Below, one piece after another: positions 9,103 through 21,144 of a stretch of 64,000 nucleotides of DNA (within the stretch, counting starts at the first letter, position 1; each line of letters opens with the position of its first letter). The translations under genes and the position numbers were made by a program. Source of the DNA: an uncultured Pseudomonadales bacterium (GTDB taxonomy: Bacteria; Pseudomonadota; Gammaproteobacteria; Pseudomonadales; Porticoccaceae); NCBI GenBank assembly GCA_943789145.1, contig CALSSZ010000008.1, positions 5,433 through 69,432 on the forward strand, read 5' to 3'. The notes below the pieces were generated by a model, which was not told the DNA's origin, searched no databases, and worked only from the letters and a program-made list of their open reading frames with translations.

Positions 9103-12100
9103 TTAGGCCGCGGTCGCTGAAAGCAGTTGTTGCAGAATTTCATTAACCTGGACAAAGCGCTCTTCCGGACTATCCATAGGCATAGTGAAACTCAGTTGGT
9201 CATTGTTTTGCAAGCGGAAAATATTGGGGTGGGTCTGCACCATGGTGACAATGGTCATAGGCTCTACCACTGTGTTTTTGGTGAATTGTACCCTTCCGCC
9301 ATTGGGGCCTGCCTCGATCTTTTTAAGCCCCAGTTGCTCGCCCAGCTGGCGCAGCTCGGCAAGCTGAAATAGTGCCTTTAGCTGCTCCGGCAACAGCCCA
9401 AAGCGGTCGATCATTTCCACCTGTAGCTCGTGAAGTTGCTCTTTGGTCTGGCAATTGGACAGCCGTTTGTAGAGAGTCAGGCGCATATTGACATCGGGCA
9501 GATAGTCATCGGGTATCAGCGCCGGTATATGCATATTGACCTCAACGCCCTGGTGCAGGGCAGCATCCAGATCCGGTATGGCGCCATTGCGGATGGCATT
9601 GACTGCTCGATCTAACATTTCCAGATAGAGGGTAAAGCCTATAGCCTGAATATGACCGCTCTGCTCTTCGCCGAGCAGCTCTCCAGCGCCGCGAATCTCC
9701 AGGTCATTGGTGGCCAGCGTGAAGCCAGAACCCAGATGATCGGCAGCAGAGATAACCTCCAGTCGCTTGGTGGCGTCGGCGGTCAGTTTTTTATCCTGAG
9801 GGGTCATTAGGTAGGCATAGGCCTGGTGATGGGATCGACCCACACGGCCGCGCAGCTGATGCAGTTGGGCAAGGCCAAATTTATCCGCTCGCTCGATCAA
9901 TATGGTATTGGCGCTGGGCACATCAATACCGTTTTCGATAATGGTGGTGCATACCAGCACATTGAAGCGCTGGTGATAAAAGTCCGACATCACCTGCTCC
10001 AGCTGGCGCTCGCGCATCTGGCCGTGGGCTATCCGGATACGAGCCTCGGGCACCAGTTCTGCCAGCTCATTAGAGACCCGCTGAATGCTTTTGACATCAT
10101 TGTGCAGAAAGTACACCTGACCGCCGCGCATTATTTCTCGTAGTATTGCCTCCCGGGTAACCCTGGATTCCTGTTTGCGCACAAAGGTTTTTACCGACAG
10201 ACGCTTGGCTGGTGGCGTGGCAATTATTGAGAGATCGCGGATGCTGTGCATCGACATATTCAATGTGCGTGGAATAGGGGTGGCGGTCATGGTGAGAATG
10301 TCCACCGAGCTGCGCAGAGACTTGATTTTCTCTTTCTGGCGCACACCAAAACGATGCTCTTCATCAATAATCATCAGGCCCAGCTGGCTAAAGTCTATCT
10401 GTGCATGGAGCAGTTTGTGGGTACTAATAAGGATATCAACCTTGCCTGCTTCGGTGGCGGCAATTATCTCCTCCTGCTCTTTATTGGTCTTAAAGCGTGA
10501 TAGTTCTTCTATGCGGACCGGCCAGCTGGCAAAGCGGTCCTGAAAATTTTGCAGATGCTGGTGGGCAAGCAATGTGGTGGGCACCAGAATAACCACCTGT
10601 TTGCCGCTGGAGACCACCGTAAAGGCGGCGCGCATGGCTACTTCGGTTTTACCAAAGCCCACATCACCGCATACCAAGCGATCCATTGGCTGAGAGCTCA
10701 GCAGGTCGCGGCGCACTGCATCTATGGCCTCCTGCTGATCGGCGGTTTCCTCAAAGGAGAAGTCGCTGCTAAATTTGCGATAGTCCTCTTCATTTTCAGT
10801 GCAGGCAAAGCCTTTGCGCGCGGCGCGACGGGAGTAGATATCCAGTAATTCGACAGCGGTATCGCGCACCTGTTTAGCGGCTTTCTCTTTGGCCTTATCC
10901 CATTTGTCTGTGCCTAGACGATTGAGGGGCGCGGCCACCTGATCACCGCCACCGAAGCGACTGATCAAATGGAGAGAGGATACCGGCACATAGAGCTTGG
11001 CATCGTCTGCATAGGTAAGCATCAGAAACTCCTGCACCGAGCGGTCAACCTCCAGAGTCACCAGCCCCTGATAGCGGCCCACTCCATGCTCTATATGTAC
11101 CACCGGAGAGCCAACTTTGAGCTCTGCCAGATTTTTAAATACATAGTCTGGTGACTCTGAGGCCTTTGATCGGCGCCGTCGCTGCATCACCTGCTGACCA
11201 AATAGCTCGCCCTCAGTTATCAGGCAGAGTTTTTGTGTGGGGCAGTAGACGCCCTGATCGATTGCATAGGTAGTAATGCCATAACTGGCCTGGCCGTCCA
11301 CAAACTGCTGCCAGTGGTCGACCGGCTGGGGTGTCAGCTCAATGGCTTTTAGCAGATCGGAGAGCACTTCCCGGCGGCCTGGTGATTCTGCGCAAAATAG
11401 AATGCGGGTGTCTGCCGGACACTGGTCAATAAAGGCTTGCAGATTGGCCAGGGGATTAACCAACTTGGCATTAACGGCCACATCCGGCACTGCATGCAGC
11501 TGCAGGTTGGCCTGTCCCGCTCGCTCTTCAAGCAGTTCATGGCTAATTATGGTTCTCGGCAGCTGCTTGAGCGACTGAAACAGACTGTCGACAGGAATAA
11601 AGATTTCCCCAGGTGGCAGAATAGGTCGTGCTGGGTCAACAGCGTATTCTTCATAGCGACTATTGATATCCTGCCAGAAATACTCTGCCGCCTCTTCAAT
11701 GCCAGCCTGAGTAAAGAGCTGCACCTGATCTGGCAGATAATCGAACAATGTCGCAGTCTGCTTAAAGAACAGCGGCAGATAATATTCAATGCCCTGGGGG
11801 GCTATGCCATCATTTATATCTGTGTAGATAGAGCACAGGCTTGGGTCATGATCAAAATGGTCATGCCAGTTATTGAGAAACAGATTAATGGCTTCGGCAT
11901 CCAGGGGAAACTCCCGGGCAGGCAGCAGCATGAGTTGATCAACGGTTTCTTTGGTGCGCTGGCTCTCAGGGTCAAACAGGCGCAGGGATTCAATTTCATC
12001 GTCGAGCAGATCTATGCGGAATGGAGTCTTCTCACCCATGGGGAAGATATCAATAATAGAGCCGCGAAAGGCGAATTCGCCATGTTCAAAAACTGTATCT

Positions 12101-12564
12101 ACCCGCTTGTAGCCGGCGCGGCTGAGCTGGTCTTGAAGCTTGGCTCGGTCTAAATCCTCGCCCAGATTGTAGCTAAAGGTGCGCGAGGCGACAAAATCTG
12201 TGGGTGCAATGCGGTGCATCAATGTCGATAGCGGAACCACAATAATGCCACGCTGGGCTGTGGGCAGACTAGCCAGAGTTTGCAGGCGCGCGGAAACAAT
12301 ATCCTGATGGGGGGAGAAAATATCATAGGGCAGTGTTTCCCAGTCGGGGAAGGTAAAGATTGGCAGCTGTTGCTCGGCGGCAAAAAATTGCAGGGCACGG
12401 GTCTGTTCTGCAGCCTGTCGGGCAGTCTCGGTAATCAGCAGGGTTAATCCCTCGAAGTTAATAGCTGACTCTGTCACAGCCAGGGCGCGCCCGGCCGCAC
12501 GCAACTCACCCCAATGCTGTTTGTCACCGGGCTTAGATGCGGGGCGTTGCTGGATAATACTCAT
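9103..12564 (-). CDS. mfd: Transcription-repair coupling factor
   Basis: FPDWETLPYD, CarD-like VVHIEHGVGRY, GDVGFGKT, DEEH, QLRGRVGR and TRG motif; start MSIIQQ at 12564 preferred. Confidence 0.98.
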   Translation of the reverse strand: MSIIQQRPASKPGDKQHWGELRAAGRALAVTESAINFEGLTLLITETARQAAEQTRALQFFAAEQQLPIFTFPDWETLPYDIFSPHQDIVSARLQTLASLPTAQRGIIVVPLSTLMHRIAPTDFVASRTFSYNLGEDLDRAKLQDQLSRAGYKRVDTVFEHGEFAFRGSIIDIFPMGEKTPFRIDLLDDEIESLRLFDPESQRTKETVDQLMLLPAREFPLDAEAINLFLNNWHDHFDHDPSLCSIYTDINDGIAPQGIEYYLPLFFKQTATLFDYLPDQVQLFTQAGIEEAAEYFWQDINSRYEEYAVDPARPILPPGEIFIPVDSLFQSLKQLPRTIISHELLEERAGQANLQLHAVPDVAVNAKLVNPLANLQAFIDQCPADTRILFCAESPGRREVLSDLLKAIELTPQPVDHWQQFVDGQASYGITTYAIDQGVYCPTQKLCLITEGELFGQQVMQRRRRSKASESPDYVFKNLAELKVGSPVVHIEHGVGRYQGLVTLEVDRSVQEFLMLTYADDAKLYVPVSSLHLISRFGGGDQVAAPLNRLGTDKWDKAKEKAAKQVRDTAVELLDIYSRRAARKGFACTENEEDYRKFSSDFSFEETADQQEAIDAVRRDLLSSQPMDRLVCGDVGFGKTEVAMRAAFTVVSSGKQVVILVPTTLLAHQHLQNFQDRFASWPVRIEELSRFKTNKEQEEIIAATEAGKVDILISTHKLLHAQIDFSQLGLMIIDEEHRFGVRQKEKIKSLRSSVDILTMTATPIPRTLNMSMHSIRDLSIIATPPAKRLSVKTFVRKQESRVTREAILREIMRGGQVYFLHNDVKSIQRVSNELAELVPEARIRIAHGQMRERQLEQVMSDFYHQRFNVLVCTTIIENGIDVPSANTILIERADKFGLAQLHQLRGRVGRSHHQAYAYLMTPQDKKLTADATKRLEVISAADHLGSGFTLATNDLEIRGAGELLGEEQSGHIQAIGFTLYLEMLDRAVNAIRNGAIPDLDAALHQGVEVNMHIPALIPDDYLPDVNMRLTLYKRLSNCQTKEQLHELQVEMIDRFGLLPEQLKALFQLAELRQLGEQLGLKKIEAGPNGGRVQFTKNTVVEPMTIVTMVQTHPNIFRLQNNDQLSFTMPMDSPEERFVQVNEILQQLLSATAA

Positions 12565-12759
12565 AAATAATAGGTTATCTGTCTGTGGGTGTCGCCAATG
12601 GCCATGGGACAAAACGAATTTGCCCACTATTCTACTTATCTAGGAGTATTGATTGTAGATATATTGTCTATCATAGTGATTAAATAAATTGTTGATTGTC
12701 TGGGCTTCCTGACTGCCGGATAATGACAAGTCTCTCTAATGTGCAAAAGGACCCAAGGC

Positions 12760-14220
12760 ATGACTGAGCAAAAAAGACCCTTACCAGATGATTTTTTTAA
12801 AGATTGGAAGCAGCGGGAAGCGCTTGCTGAGGGCATGATCCCGGTGATTGGCAAGCTCTATCGAGAGCGCAATGTCAGCACCTATATGTATGGCAACAAT
12901 ATGGTTAACAAGTCTGTTACTGACTTGATGAAGGCTCACCGCTTTGTGCGTCAGGTGGAGATGAATGAGCTCAGTGAGTTTGATACCGCGCCGATGCTGG
13001 ACGCTGTAGCAAAACTGCAGCTCGGCCCAGCTCATTTAGATCTGGGAAAAATGGTGGTCAAATACCAGAGGGGTGGCAATGGTCGCTCGGTCGATGACTT
13101 TGTTCAGGATGAGTTGGCGGAGATTGTAGGCTCAGATATAAAGCCACTGCCTGAGCCCCAGGATGTGGTGCTCTATGGTTTTGGGCGCATAGGTCGGCTG
13201 GTAGCGAGAATTCTGATCGACAAGGCGGGCGGTGGCGATGTATTGCGTCTGCGAGCAATTGTTATTCGCAAGAGCAAGCTGGACAATGACCTGGAAAAAC
13301 GAGCGGCACTGCTGCGCAGAGATTCTGTGCACGGATCATTTAAAGGTACCATCCGGGTGCTTAGCGAAAGTAATACTCTGGTGGTCAATGGCAATCCGAT
13401 CAAGGTGATCTACGCCAACAGTCCAGAAGAAATAGACTACACTGAATACGGCATTAACAATGCCCTGATTGTCGACAATACCGGTGTGTGGAAAGACAAT
13501 GCAGGTCTTGGCGGCCACCTGCGGCCCGGGGCTTCCAAGGTGCTGTTAACGGCGCCGGCGGGGGATGATATTCCCAATATTGTCTACGGTATCAATCACC
13601 ATGAAATTACTCCGGAGCGCAGCATTATCTCGGCGGCGTCCTGCACCACCAATGCTATTGTGCCTGTATTAAAGTGCCTGCTTGATGAGTACGGTATTAA
13701 TAATGGCCATGTAGAGACTGTTCACGCCTATACCAATGACCAAAATCTGATTGATAACCACCATAAGGGTGATCGTCGGGGACGCAGTGCAGCGCTGAAT
13801 ATGGTACTGACGTCAACAGGGGCAGCCAAGGCGGTGGCCAAGGCTATTCCTGAGCTCAGGGGCAAGTTAACTGGCAATGCTATCAGGGTGCCTACGCCCA
13901 ATGTGTCCATGGCTATTCTTAATCTGCAACTGGGTAGAGAGACCAATGTGGGCGAGCTCAATGAGTTTCTGCGACAAAAAGCCCTGCACTCCAGTTTGCA
14001 GCAGCAAATTGGCTATACCGTGTCCACCGAGGCGGTGTCTACAGACTTTGTTGGCTCACGTCAGGCCTGTGTGCTGGATTCTCAGGCAACCATTGTCGAT
14101 GGTAATAGCTGTGTGCTGTACTGCTGGTATGACAATGAGTTTGGCTACAGCTGTCAGGTCGTGCGCTGTCTTGAAAAATTTGCTGGCGTGGTCTGGCCCA
14201 GCTATCCTCTCGAAGGTTAA
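12760..14220 (+). CDS. gap: Glyceraldehyde-3-phosphate dehydrogenase (long N-terminal form)
   Basis: YGFGRIGR, ASCTTN active site and WYDNEFGYS; an alternative start lies at 12739. Confidence 0.95.
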   Translation: MTEQKRPLPDDFFKDWKQREALAEGMIPVIGKLYRERNVSTYMYGNNMVNKSVTDLMKAHRFVRQVEMNELSEFDTAPMLDAVAKLQLGPAHLDLGKMVVKYQRGGNGRSVDDFVQDELAEIVGSDIKPLPEPQDVVLYGFGRIGRLVARILIDKAGGGDVLRLRAIVIRKSKLDNDLEKRAALLRRDSVHGSFKGTIRVLSESNTLVVNGNPIKVIYANSPEEIDYTEYGINNALIVDNTGVWKDNAGLGGHLRPGASKVLLTAPAGDDIPNIVYGINHHEITPERSIISAASCTTNAIVPVLKCLLDEYGINNGHVETVHAYTNDQNLIDNHHKGDRRGRSAALNMVLTSTGAAKAVAKAIPELRGKLTGNAIRVPTPNVSMAILNLQLGRETNVGELNEFLRQKALHSSLQQQIGYTVSTEAVSTDFVGSRQACVLDSQATIVDGNSCVLYCWYDNEFGYSCQVVRCLEKFAGVVWPSYPLEG

Positions 14221-14240
14221 AACATTAGAAGGCTAAAACC

Positions 14241-15020
14241 ATGCTGGTAGAGCAGATCTGGACAGATAATCCGTTACGCAATTTCCACTATCTGGTGGCC
14301 TGTCCAGATACGCTGGAAGCTTTGGCCATAGACCCTTTTGATCACCAGCTGGTGTTGCAGCGGGCTGAGGCGCTGGGCTGGAAGATCACTCAGATTCTCA
14401 ATACTCATGAGCACTTTGACCATATTGACGGCAATCAGGCAATGGTTGCCGCCACTGGTGCAACGGTGCTGGCTCATGTCAATGCCCGGGATAAGATTGC
14501 AGGTATGGACAGGGGGCTGCAGGCGGGAGCTGTGGTTAAGATTGGCAGCTCGGTTGAGCTGGAGGTGCTGGATACGCCAGGGCATACCATGAGCCATATC
14601 TGTCTGCTATCCAAAACTGAGGTCCCGGCGCTGTTCAGTGGCGATACTATTTTTAATGCTGGGGTGGGGCACTGCCACTATGGGGGCGACCCAGATATTC
14701 TCGCCAACACCGTGTTTAGTCAGGTGGATGCATTGCCTGACGAAACACTGCTTTATCCTGGACATGATTACATTGTTAACAACCTGCGTTTTACCCTGGA
14801 TCGAGAGCCGGGTAATACCCTGGCGGCGGAGTTGCTACAGCAGGTGGAATCTCAGGACCCCAATGAGGCTTTGATTACCAATCTGGGAGAGGAGAGGCAG
14901 ATTAATACCTTTTTCCGCACAGATAGCCCCGAGGTGATCGAAAACTTTGCTCAATTACAGTCGACGGCGAGTCCGACAGAGGTGTTTTTGGCCCTGCGTG
15001 AGTGCCGCAATAGCTGGTAA
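14241..15020 (+). CDS. Hydroxyacylglutathione hydrolase-like metallo-beta-lactamase
   Basis: THEHFDH, TPGHT, SGD and YPGHDY...NLRF motifs. Confidence 0.88.
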   Translation: MLVEQIWTDNPLRNFHYLVACPDTLEALAIDPFDHQLVLQRAEALGWKITQILNTHEHFDHIDGNQAMVAATGATVLAHVNARDKIAGMDRGLQAGAVVKIGSSVELEVLDTPGHTMSHICLLSKTEVPALFSGDTIFNAGVGHCHYGGDPDILANTVFSQVDALPDETLLYPGHDYIVNNLRFTLDREPGNTLAAELLQQVESQDPNEALITNLGEERQINTFFRTDSPEVIENFAQLQSTASPTEVFLALRECRNSW

Positions 15021-15313
15021 ATAATGGCGCCAGCGCAGGTTTGCGCAAGCATTTCCTATTTAATAACAAAAAAACCTTCAGATTGGCTTTAAAAGAGCTG
15101 CAGCACTGGTATCACGACGCCCAGACCTTTATAATCCCGCGCAATCTAAATCGGCCAATTTTAACTATTTTTCAGAGGTTACTCATTGGGCGGACTACAA
15201 CGTAATTTGCACAGTTCTCGAGCTTAAAGTTGAGTTTGAGAGGCGGCTATTTGATGGGCCGCAAGAGCTTGGTATTGCAGCCAGAATTTAAATTAGACTA
15301 GTGGTATTTCCAT

Positions 15314-16654
15314 ATGATCAAAGTTCGTCGAGGATTAGATCTGCCTATTGCCGGTGCGCCGGAGCAGATTGTCCAAGATGGCCCCAAGATAAGTCAGGTG
15401 GCGGTAATCGGATCCGATTATCCAGGCATGAAGCCCACTATGGCGGTGCGCGAAGGTGATCGCGTCACTCGGGGTCAGATACTATTTTCGGATAAGAAGA
15501 ATCAAGGTGTTGTATTTACTGCGCCAGCGGCGGGCAAGGTGGTCGCCATTAACCGTGGCGAGCGACGCCTGTTTCAGTCGCTGGTTATCGATGTCGATGG
15601 TGACAAGGCAGAGAAGTTTAAGTCTTATAAGGCTGCCAAATTATCTGATCTGGATCGTGCAGAGGTGGTTGATAATCTGGTTAACTCTGGACAGTGGGTT
15701 GCCCTGCGCACCAGACCCTATTCAAAGGTTCCGGCGATTGACTCCAGCCCGGCCTCGATCTTTGTGACTGCCATGGATACTAATCCACTGGCCGCTGACC
15801 CAGCGGTGATTATTGCCCAGCGCAGCGAAGACTTCGCCAATGGTCTTAAAGTATTGGCCCATTTGACTGATGGCCCGGTCAATGTCTGTGTCGCCCCAGA
15901 CTCAGCAGTTTCCGGGGAACAGATTGATGGCGTTCGCGATATCAGTTTCAGTGGTCCTCACCCGGCTGGTTTGCCTGGCACCCATATCCATTTTGTCGAC
16001 CCGGTCAGTGCAGACAAAACAGTCTGGTCGATTGGCTATCAGGATGTGATTGCCACTGGCGCCCTGTTTACCACTGGCAAGCTGGATACCGCCCGCGTGG
16101 TTGCTCTTGGCGGCCCTCAGGTTACCCAGCCAAGACTGCTTAGTACTCAGCTCGGCGCTAACCTCAACCAGTTAGTGATTGGTGAACTGGCCAATGATGA
16201 AAACCGTATCATCTCTGGTTCTGTGCTTGCGGGCCGCAAGGCTACCGGTGCCTTTGCCTTTTTGGGCCGCTACCACAATCAGGTCTCGGTGATTCGCGAA
16301 GGCCGCGAACGTGAGTTTCTGCACTATCTGCGCGCTGGTGTGAACAAGCATTCTGCACTGCCCATCTTTGCCTCATCGCTGAGCAACAAACTATTTAATA
16401 TGACCTCCAGCACCAATGGCAGCGAACGGGCCATGGTGCCTGTGGGTGGCTATGAAGATGTGACTGCGCTAGATCTGTTGCCTGTGCAGCTGCTGCGCTC
16501 GCTGATTGTCGGCGATACAGAAATGGCCCAAAAGCTGGGCTGTCTGGAGTTGGACGAAGAAGATGTCGGCCTCTACACCTATGTCTGTGTAGGCAAGCAT
16601 GAGTACGGCGGCATTCTGCGCGACAACCTAACTAGAATTGAAAAGGAGGGTTAA
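15314..16654 (+). CDS. nqrA: Na+-translocating NADH:quinone reductase subunit A
   Basis: [30 protein letters not shown]; first gene of the operon. Confidence 0.97.
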   Translation: MIKVRRGLDLPIAGAPEQIVQDGPKISQVAVIGSDYPGMKPTMAVREGDRVTRGQILFSDKKNQGVVFTAPAAGKVVAINRGERRLFQSLVIDVDGDKAEKFKSYKAAKLSDLDRAEVVDNLVNSGQWVALRTRPYSKVPAIDSSPASIFVTAMDTNPLAADPAVIIAQRSEDFANGLKVLAHLTDGPVNVCVAPDSAVSGEQIDGVRDISFSGPHPAGLPGTHIHFVDPVSADKTVWSIGYQDVIATGALFTTGKLDTARVVALGGPQVTQPRLLSTQLGANLNQLVIGELANDENRIISGSVLAGRKATGAFAFLGRYHNQVSVIREGREREFLHYLRAGVNKHSALPIFASSLSNKLFNMTSSTNGSERAMVPVGGYEDVTALDLLPVQLLRSLIVGDTEMAQKLGCLELDEEDVGLYTYVCVGKHEYGGILRDNLTRIEKEG

Positions 16655-16658
16655 GCCC

Positions 16659-17852
16659 ATGATGCGTAATCTTCTCGATAAATTAGAGCCAAAGTTCCAC
16701 AAGGGCGGCAAATGGGAAAAGTGGTATGCACTTTTCGAAGCAGTCGACACTGCGCTTTACAAGCCGTCGGACATTACCAAGAACAGCTCCCATGTTCGCG
16801 ATGGCATTGATCTTAAGCGTGTGATGATCACTGTATGGCTGGCAACTTTCCCCACTATGTTCTTCGGTATGTGGAACATAGGGTTTCAGGCCAATACCAT
16901 TATGGCGGATATGGGCATGGTGTCCCAGGAGGGTCTGCGCGGCGTCTTTATTGGCCTGCTGGCTGGCTATGATGCCACTAGCCTGTGGGACAATATGATC
17001 CACGGCGCTGCTTACTTCCTGCCCATTTATATGACTACTTTTATCGTGGGCGGTTTTTGGGAGGTGCTGTTTGCCTCGGTGCGCGGCCATGAAGTGAACG
17101 AAGGCTTCTTTGTCACCTCGATTCTGTTTGCTCTGTGCTGTCCTCCGGATCTGCCACTGTGGATGGTGGCTGTGGGTATCAGCTTTGGTATTGTGATTGG
17201 TAAAGAAGTATTTGGCGGTACTGGCAAAAATTTCCTTAACCCAGCATTAACCGGTCGCGCATTTCTGTACTTTGCTTACCCGGCCTATATGTCTGGCGAC
17301 GCAGTCTGGTCTGCAGTGGACGGCTACACTGGCGCTACCATGCTCTCTGTAGCTGCCGCCGAGGGTATGGTTGCTCTGCAGCAGGGCGTTACCTGGATGC
17401 AGGCCTTTATCGGCACTATTCAGGGCTCTATAGGTGAGACTTCTACACTGGCTATTCTGATGGGTGCGGTGTTGCTGCTGGTGATGCGTATTGCCTCTTG
17501 GCGAATTATTACCGGTGTACTTATAGGTTCTGCGGCTCTGTCCATACTGTTTAATAATATTGATTCAACCAACCCCATGTTTGCCGTGCCATTCTACTGG
17601 CACTGGGTGATTGGTGGCTTTGCCTTTGGTGCCATCTTTATGGCCACGGATCCGGTGTCTGCGGCGATGACCAATACAGGCAAATTCTGGTACGGCATTT
17701 TAATCGGTGTGATGGTGATTCTGATTCGCGTGGTTAATCCCGCATTTCCAGAGGGCATGATGCTGGCAATTCTGTTTGCCAATCTATTTGCGCCGCTGTT
17801 CGACCACTGGGTTGTGCAGGGCAACATTAAAAGGAGACTGGCTCGTGGGTAA
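16659..17852 (+). CDS. nqrB: Na+-NQR subunit B
   Basis: [29 protein letters not shown] attachment [15 protein letters not shown]. Confidence 0.97.
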   Translation: MMRNLLDKLEPKFHKGGKWEKWYALFEAVDTALYKPSDITKNSSHVRDGIDLKRVMITVWLATFPTMFFGMWNIGFQANTIMADMGMVSQEGLRGVFIGLLAGYDATSLWDNMIHGAAYFLPIYMTTFIVGGFWEVLFASVRGHEVNEGFFVTSILFALCCPPDLPLWMVAVGISFGIVIGKEVFGGTGKNFLNPALTGRAFLYFAYPAYMSGDAVWSAVDGYTGATMLSVAAAEGMVALQQGVTWMQAFIGTIQGSIGETSTLAILMGAVLLLVMRIASWRIITGVLIGSAALSILFNNIDSTNPMFAVPFYWHWVIGGFAFGAIFMATDPVSAAMTNTGKFWYGILIGVMVILIRVVNPAFPEGMMLAILFANLFAPLFDHWVVQGNIKRRLARG

Positions 17853-18612
17853 TGACAGTATTTCTAAAACATTTGGTGTAGCACTGGCCCTCTGTGTGGT
17901 CTGCGCTGTGGTGGTTTCCAGCGCCGCGGTGATTTTGCGACCCACTCAGGAAGTGAACAAGCTGCTGGACCTGAAAACCAATATTCTCGCCTCTGCAGGT
18001 CTGCTGCAACAGGGTGTTTCCATTGAGACTCAGTTTGAGCAGATCAGCACCCGTGTGGTGGATCTGCAGACTGGTGAGTTTACCGATGCGGTTGATGCTG
18101 CGACCTATGATCAGCGCAAGGCGTCCAAGGATCCGGCACTATCCATGGCTCTGGATCCCAAACAGGATCCGGCCAAGATTAAACGCCGCGCCAATTACGC
18201 CACTGTGTATATGGTTGAGGGTGAGCAGGGCATCGAAAAGATTATTCTGCCAATTAAAGGTTATGGCCTGTGGTCGACTCTCTATGGGTTTCTGGCTCTG
18301 GAGGCTGACCTTGAGACTGTCGCCGGTATTGGTTTCTATGAGCATACCGAGACGCCAGGTCTGGGTGGCGAAGTGGATAATCCCAGATGGAAAGCCAGTT
18401 GGGTGGGCAAGCAGGCCTACAATCAGGGTGAGCTGACCATTACTGTATTAAAAGGCAAAGCTGATTTGAGCCGCGCTGGTTCTGAGGCACAGATCGATGG
18501 TCTGGCCGGAGCCACATTGACCACCAGGGGCGTTGATAATCTGGTGCGCTACTGGCTGGGCGATCAGGGCTTTAGACCGCTGATCAATTCTTTAAAAGCA
18601 GGGGAGGCCTAA
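17845..18612 (+). CDS. nqrC: Na+-NQR subunit C
   Basis: GTG start after [14 protein letters not shown] and [12 protein letters not shown] site. Confidence 0.96.
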   Translation: MGNDSISKTFGVALALCVVCAVVVSSAAVILRPTQEVNKLLDLKTNILASAGLLQQGVSIETQFEQISTRVVDLQTGEFTDAVDAATYDQRKASKDPALSMALDPKQDPAKIKRRANYATVYMVEGEQGIEKIILPIKGYGLWSTLYGFLALEADLETVAGIGFYEHTETPGLGGEVDNPRWKASWVGKQAYNQGELTITVLKGKADLSRAGSEAQIDGLAGATLTTRGVDNLVRYWLGDQGFRPLINSLKAGEA

Positions 18613-18615
18613 ACA

Positions 18616-19278
18616 ATGTCAAAAGTTAAAGACACCTTATTGGAGCCTATTGTTGCCAATAATCCGGTGGCACTACAGATTCTGGGAATCTGTTCGGCAC
18701 TGGCGGTAACCTCAAGCATGAAGGTTGCCTTTGTGATGTGCCTGGCGCTAACCACGGTAGCCGCGTTCGCCAATCTGTTTGTTTCTATTATTCGCAACCA
18801 TATTCCCAATAGCATCCGTATTATTGTGCAGATGACTATTATTGCTTCGCTTGTGATTGTGGTGGATCAGGTGCTTAAGGCTGTGGCTTACGATATCAGC
18901 AAGCAGCTGTCGGTATTTGTGGGTCTGATTATCACCAACTGTATTGTGATGGGGCGCGCTGAAGCATTCGCCATGAAGAACCCGCCAATGGCCAGTTTTT
19001 ACGATGGCATAGGCAATGGCCTGGGTTACAGCATGGTGCTGATGGTAGTCGCATTTTTCCGCGAGCTGTTTGGCGCGGGCAAGCTGTGGGGCTATGAAGT
19101 CCTGAGCCTGACTACCGATGGTGGCTGGTATGTGGCTAATGGAATGATGTTAATGGCACCCAGTGCCTTCTTCCTGATCGGTTTGTTGATCTGGGTGATC
19201 CGTATCTACGACAAAAAGCAGGTGGAACAGCCTGACTTTAAGATCACCGCCAATAGTCGCCCGAGCGAGGTGGCCTGA
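18616..19278 (+). CDS. nqrD: Na+-NQR subunit D
   Basis: [34 protein letters not shown]. Confidence 0.97.
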   Translation: MSKVKDTLLEPIVANNPVALQILGICSALAVTSSMKVAFVMCLALTTVAAFANLFVSIIRNHIPNSIRIIVQMTIIASLVIVVDQVLKAVAYDISKQLSVFVGLIITNCIVMGRAEAFAMKNPPMASFYDGIGNGLGYSMVLMVVAFFRELFGAGKLWGYEVLSLTTDGGWYVANGMMLMAPSAFFLIGLLIWVIRIYDKKQVEQPDFKITANSRPSEVA

Positions 19279-19886
19279 TGGAACATTATCTAAGTATCTT
19301 AGTCCGCTCGATCTTTATTGATAATATTGCCCTGAGCATGTTTCTAGGCATGTGTACCTTTCTGGCACTGTCGAAGAAAATCAATGCTGCTATTGGTCTG
19401 GGTATTGCAGTTATTGTGGTGCAGACCATTACTGTGCCGGTCAATAACCTGCTGCTGAACTACCTGCTGGCCGATGGTGCACTGGCCTGGGCTGGCCTGC
19501 CTGATGTGGATCTAAGCTTTTTGATGTACCTGTGTTTTATCGGTGTTATTGCCGCCATGGTGCAGATACTGGAGATGGTGCTGGATAAGTATGTGCCTGC
19601 GCTATACAACGCGCTGGGTGTGTTCCTGCCATTGATTACGGTGAACTGTGCGATTCTGGGTGGTTCTCTGTTGATGGCGGAGCGGGGCTTTGATTTTGCA
19701 GAATCCGTGGTTTATGGCCTTGGCTCTGGTACTTCCTGGGCACTGGCTATCGCTGTACTGGCCGGCATTCGCGAAAAATTAAAATATAGTGATATTCCAG
19801 AAGGCCTACAGGGGCTGGGTATCGTATTTATTACCGTGGGTCTTATATCCCTGGGCTTTATGTCCTTCGGTGGTATTGATATCTAA
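19278..19886 (+). CDS. nqrE: Na+-NQR subunit E
   Basis: [27 protein letters not shown] stop/start overlap with nqrD. Confidence 0.97.
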   Translation: MEHYLSILVRSIFIDNIALSMFLGMCTFLALSKKINAAIGLGIAVIVVQTITVPVNNLLLNYLLADGALAWAGLPDVDLSFLMYLCFIGVIAAMVQILEMVLDKYVPALYNALGVFLPLITVNCAILGGSLLMAERGFDFAESVVYGLGSGTSWALAIAVLAGIREKLKYSDIPEGLQGLGIVFITVGLISLGFMSFGGIDI

Positions 19887-19920
19887 GCAAGATCTGTAAT
19901 AACGGAGACGTAATAAAAGT

Positions 19921-21144
19921 ATGAATACTGAAATTATTCTAGGCGTAGGCATGTTTACCGTAGTGATTCTGGCGCTGGTGGCTTTTATTTTGGCTGCACG
20001 CAGCAAGCTGGTGTCCTCTGGTGATGTGAATATTGTCATCAATGGCGAGAAAACCATCACTGTGCCTGCGGGCGATAAGCTGCTGCAGACATTGTCCAAT
20101 GCGGGACTGTTCTTGCCTTCGGCCTGTGGTGGCGGTGGTAGCTGTGCCCAGTGCAAATGTGTGATTACCGAAGGTGGCGGCTCTATGTTGCCAACCGAAG
20201 AGAGCCATTTTAATCGCCGCGAAGCTGCTGAGGGCTGGAGACTGTCCTGCCAGGCCCCGGTTAAGCAGGATATGCATGTCGAAGTTCCCGAAGAAGTATT
20301 TGGTGTCAAGCGCTGGGAATGTGAGGTTGAATCCAACTCCAATGTGGCCACCTTTATTAAAGAGCTGACCCTTAAGCTGCCTGAGGGTGAGGATGTCAAA
20401 TTCCGCGCCGGTGGCTATGTGCAGCTGGAATGTCCGCCCCACCATATTAAGTACTCAGACTTTGATATCGAAGAAGAGTATCGCGGTGACTGGGAGCGCT
20501 TTGACTTCTTTAAGCATGAGTCGATTGTTGATGAGACAGTGATTCGCGCCTATTCCATGGCCAACTATCCAGACGAGAAGGGCGTGGTTAAGTTTAATAT
20601 TCGTATCGCTACGCCACCTCCGGGATCTACCGGTATTGCGCCCGGGCAGATGTCGTCCTATGTGTTTAGTCTTAAGCCAGGTGACAAGATTCCGGTCTAT
20701 GGTCCCTTTGGTGAGTTCTTTGCCAAGGATACCGACAACGAGATGGTATTTGTTGGTGGTGGTGCAGGTATGGCGCCCATGCGCTCTCATATCTTTGATC
20801 AGCTTAAGCGTATCAAGTCCGACCGCAAGATCAGCTTCTGGTATGGTGCCCGCTCATTGCGCGAGTGCTTCTACGACGACGAGTACGATATGCTGGCCGC
20901 CGAGAACGACAACTTCGACTGGCATCTGGCGCTGTCCGATCCCCAGCCAGAAGATAACTGGGACGGGCTTACCGGCTTTATCCACAATGTGCTCTACGAG
21001 CAGTATCTCAAGGACCACGAGGCGCCAGAGGACTGTGAGTTCTATATGTGCGGACCACCTATGATGAATGCGGCAGTGGTCAAACTGCTGGTCGATCTGG
21101 GTGTGGAGCAGGAGAATATTTTCCTTGATGACTTCGGTGGCTAA
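19921..21144 (+). CDS. nqrF: Na+-NQR subunit F
   Basis: [12 protein letters not shown] 2Fe-2S motif, [16 protein letters not shown]-terminal LDDFGG. Confidence 0.98.
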   Translation: MNTEIILGVGMFTVVILALVAFILAARSKLVSSGDVNIVINGEKTITVPAGDKLLQTLSNAGLFLPSACGGGGSCAQCKCVITEGGGSMLPTEESHFNRREAAEGWRLSCQAPVKQDMHVEVPEEVFGVKRWECEVESNSNVATFIKELTLKLPEGEDVKFRAGGYVQLECPPHHIKYSDFDIEEEYRGDWERFDFFKHESIVDETVIRAYSMANYPDEKGVVKFNIRIATPPPGSTGIAPGQMSSYVFSLKPGDKIPVYGPFGEFFAKDTDNEMVFVGGGAGMAPMRSHIFDQLKRIKSDRKISFWYGARSLRECFYDDEYDMLAAENDNFDWHLALSDPQPEDNWDGLTGFIHNVLYEQYLKDHEAPEDCEFYMCGPPMMNAAVVKLLVDLGVEQENIFLDDFGG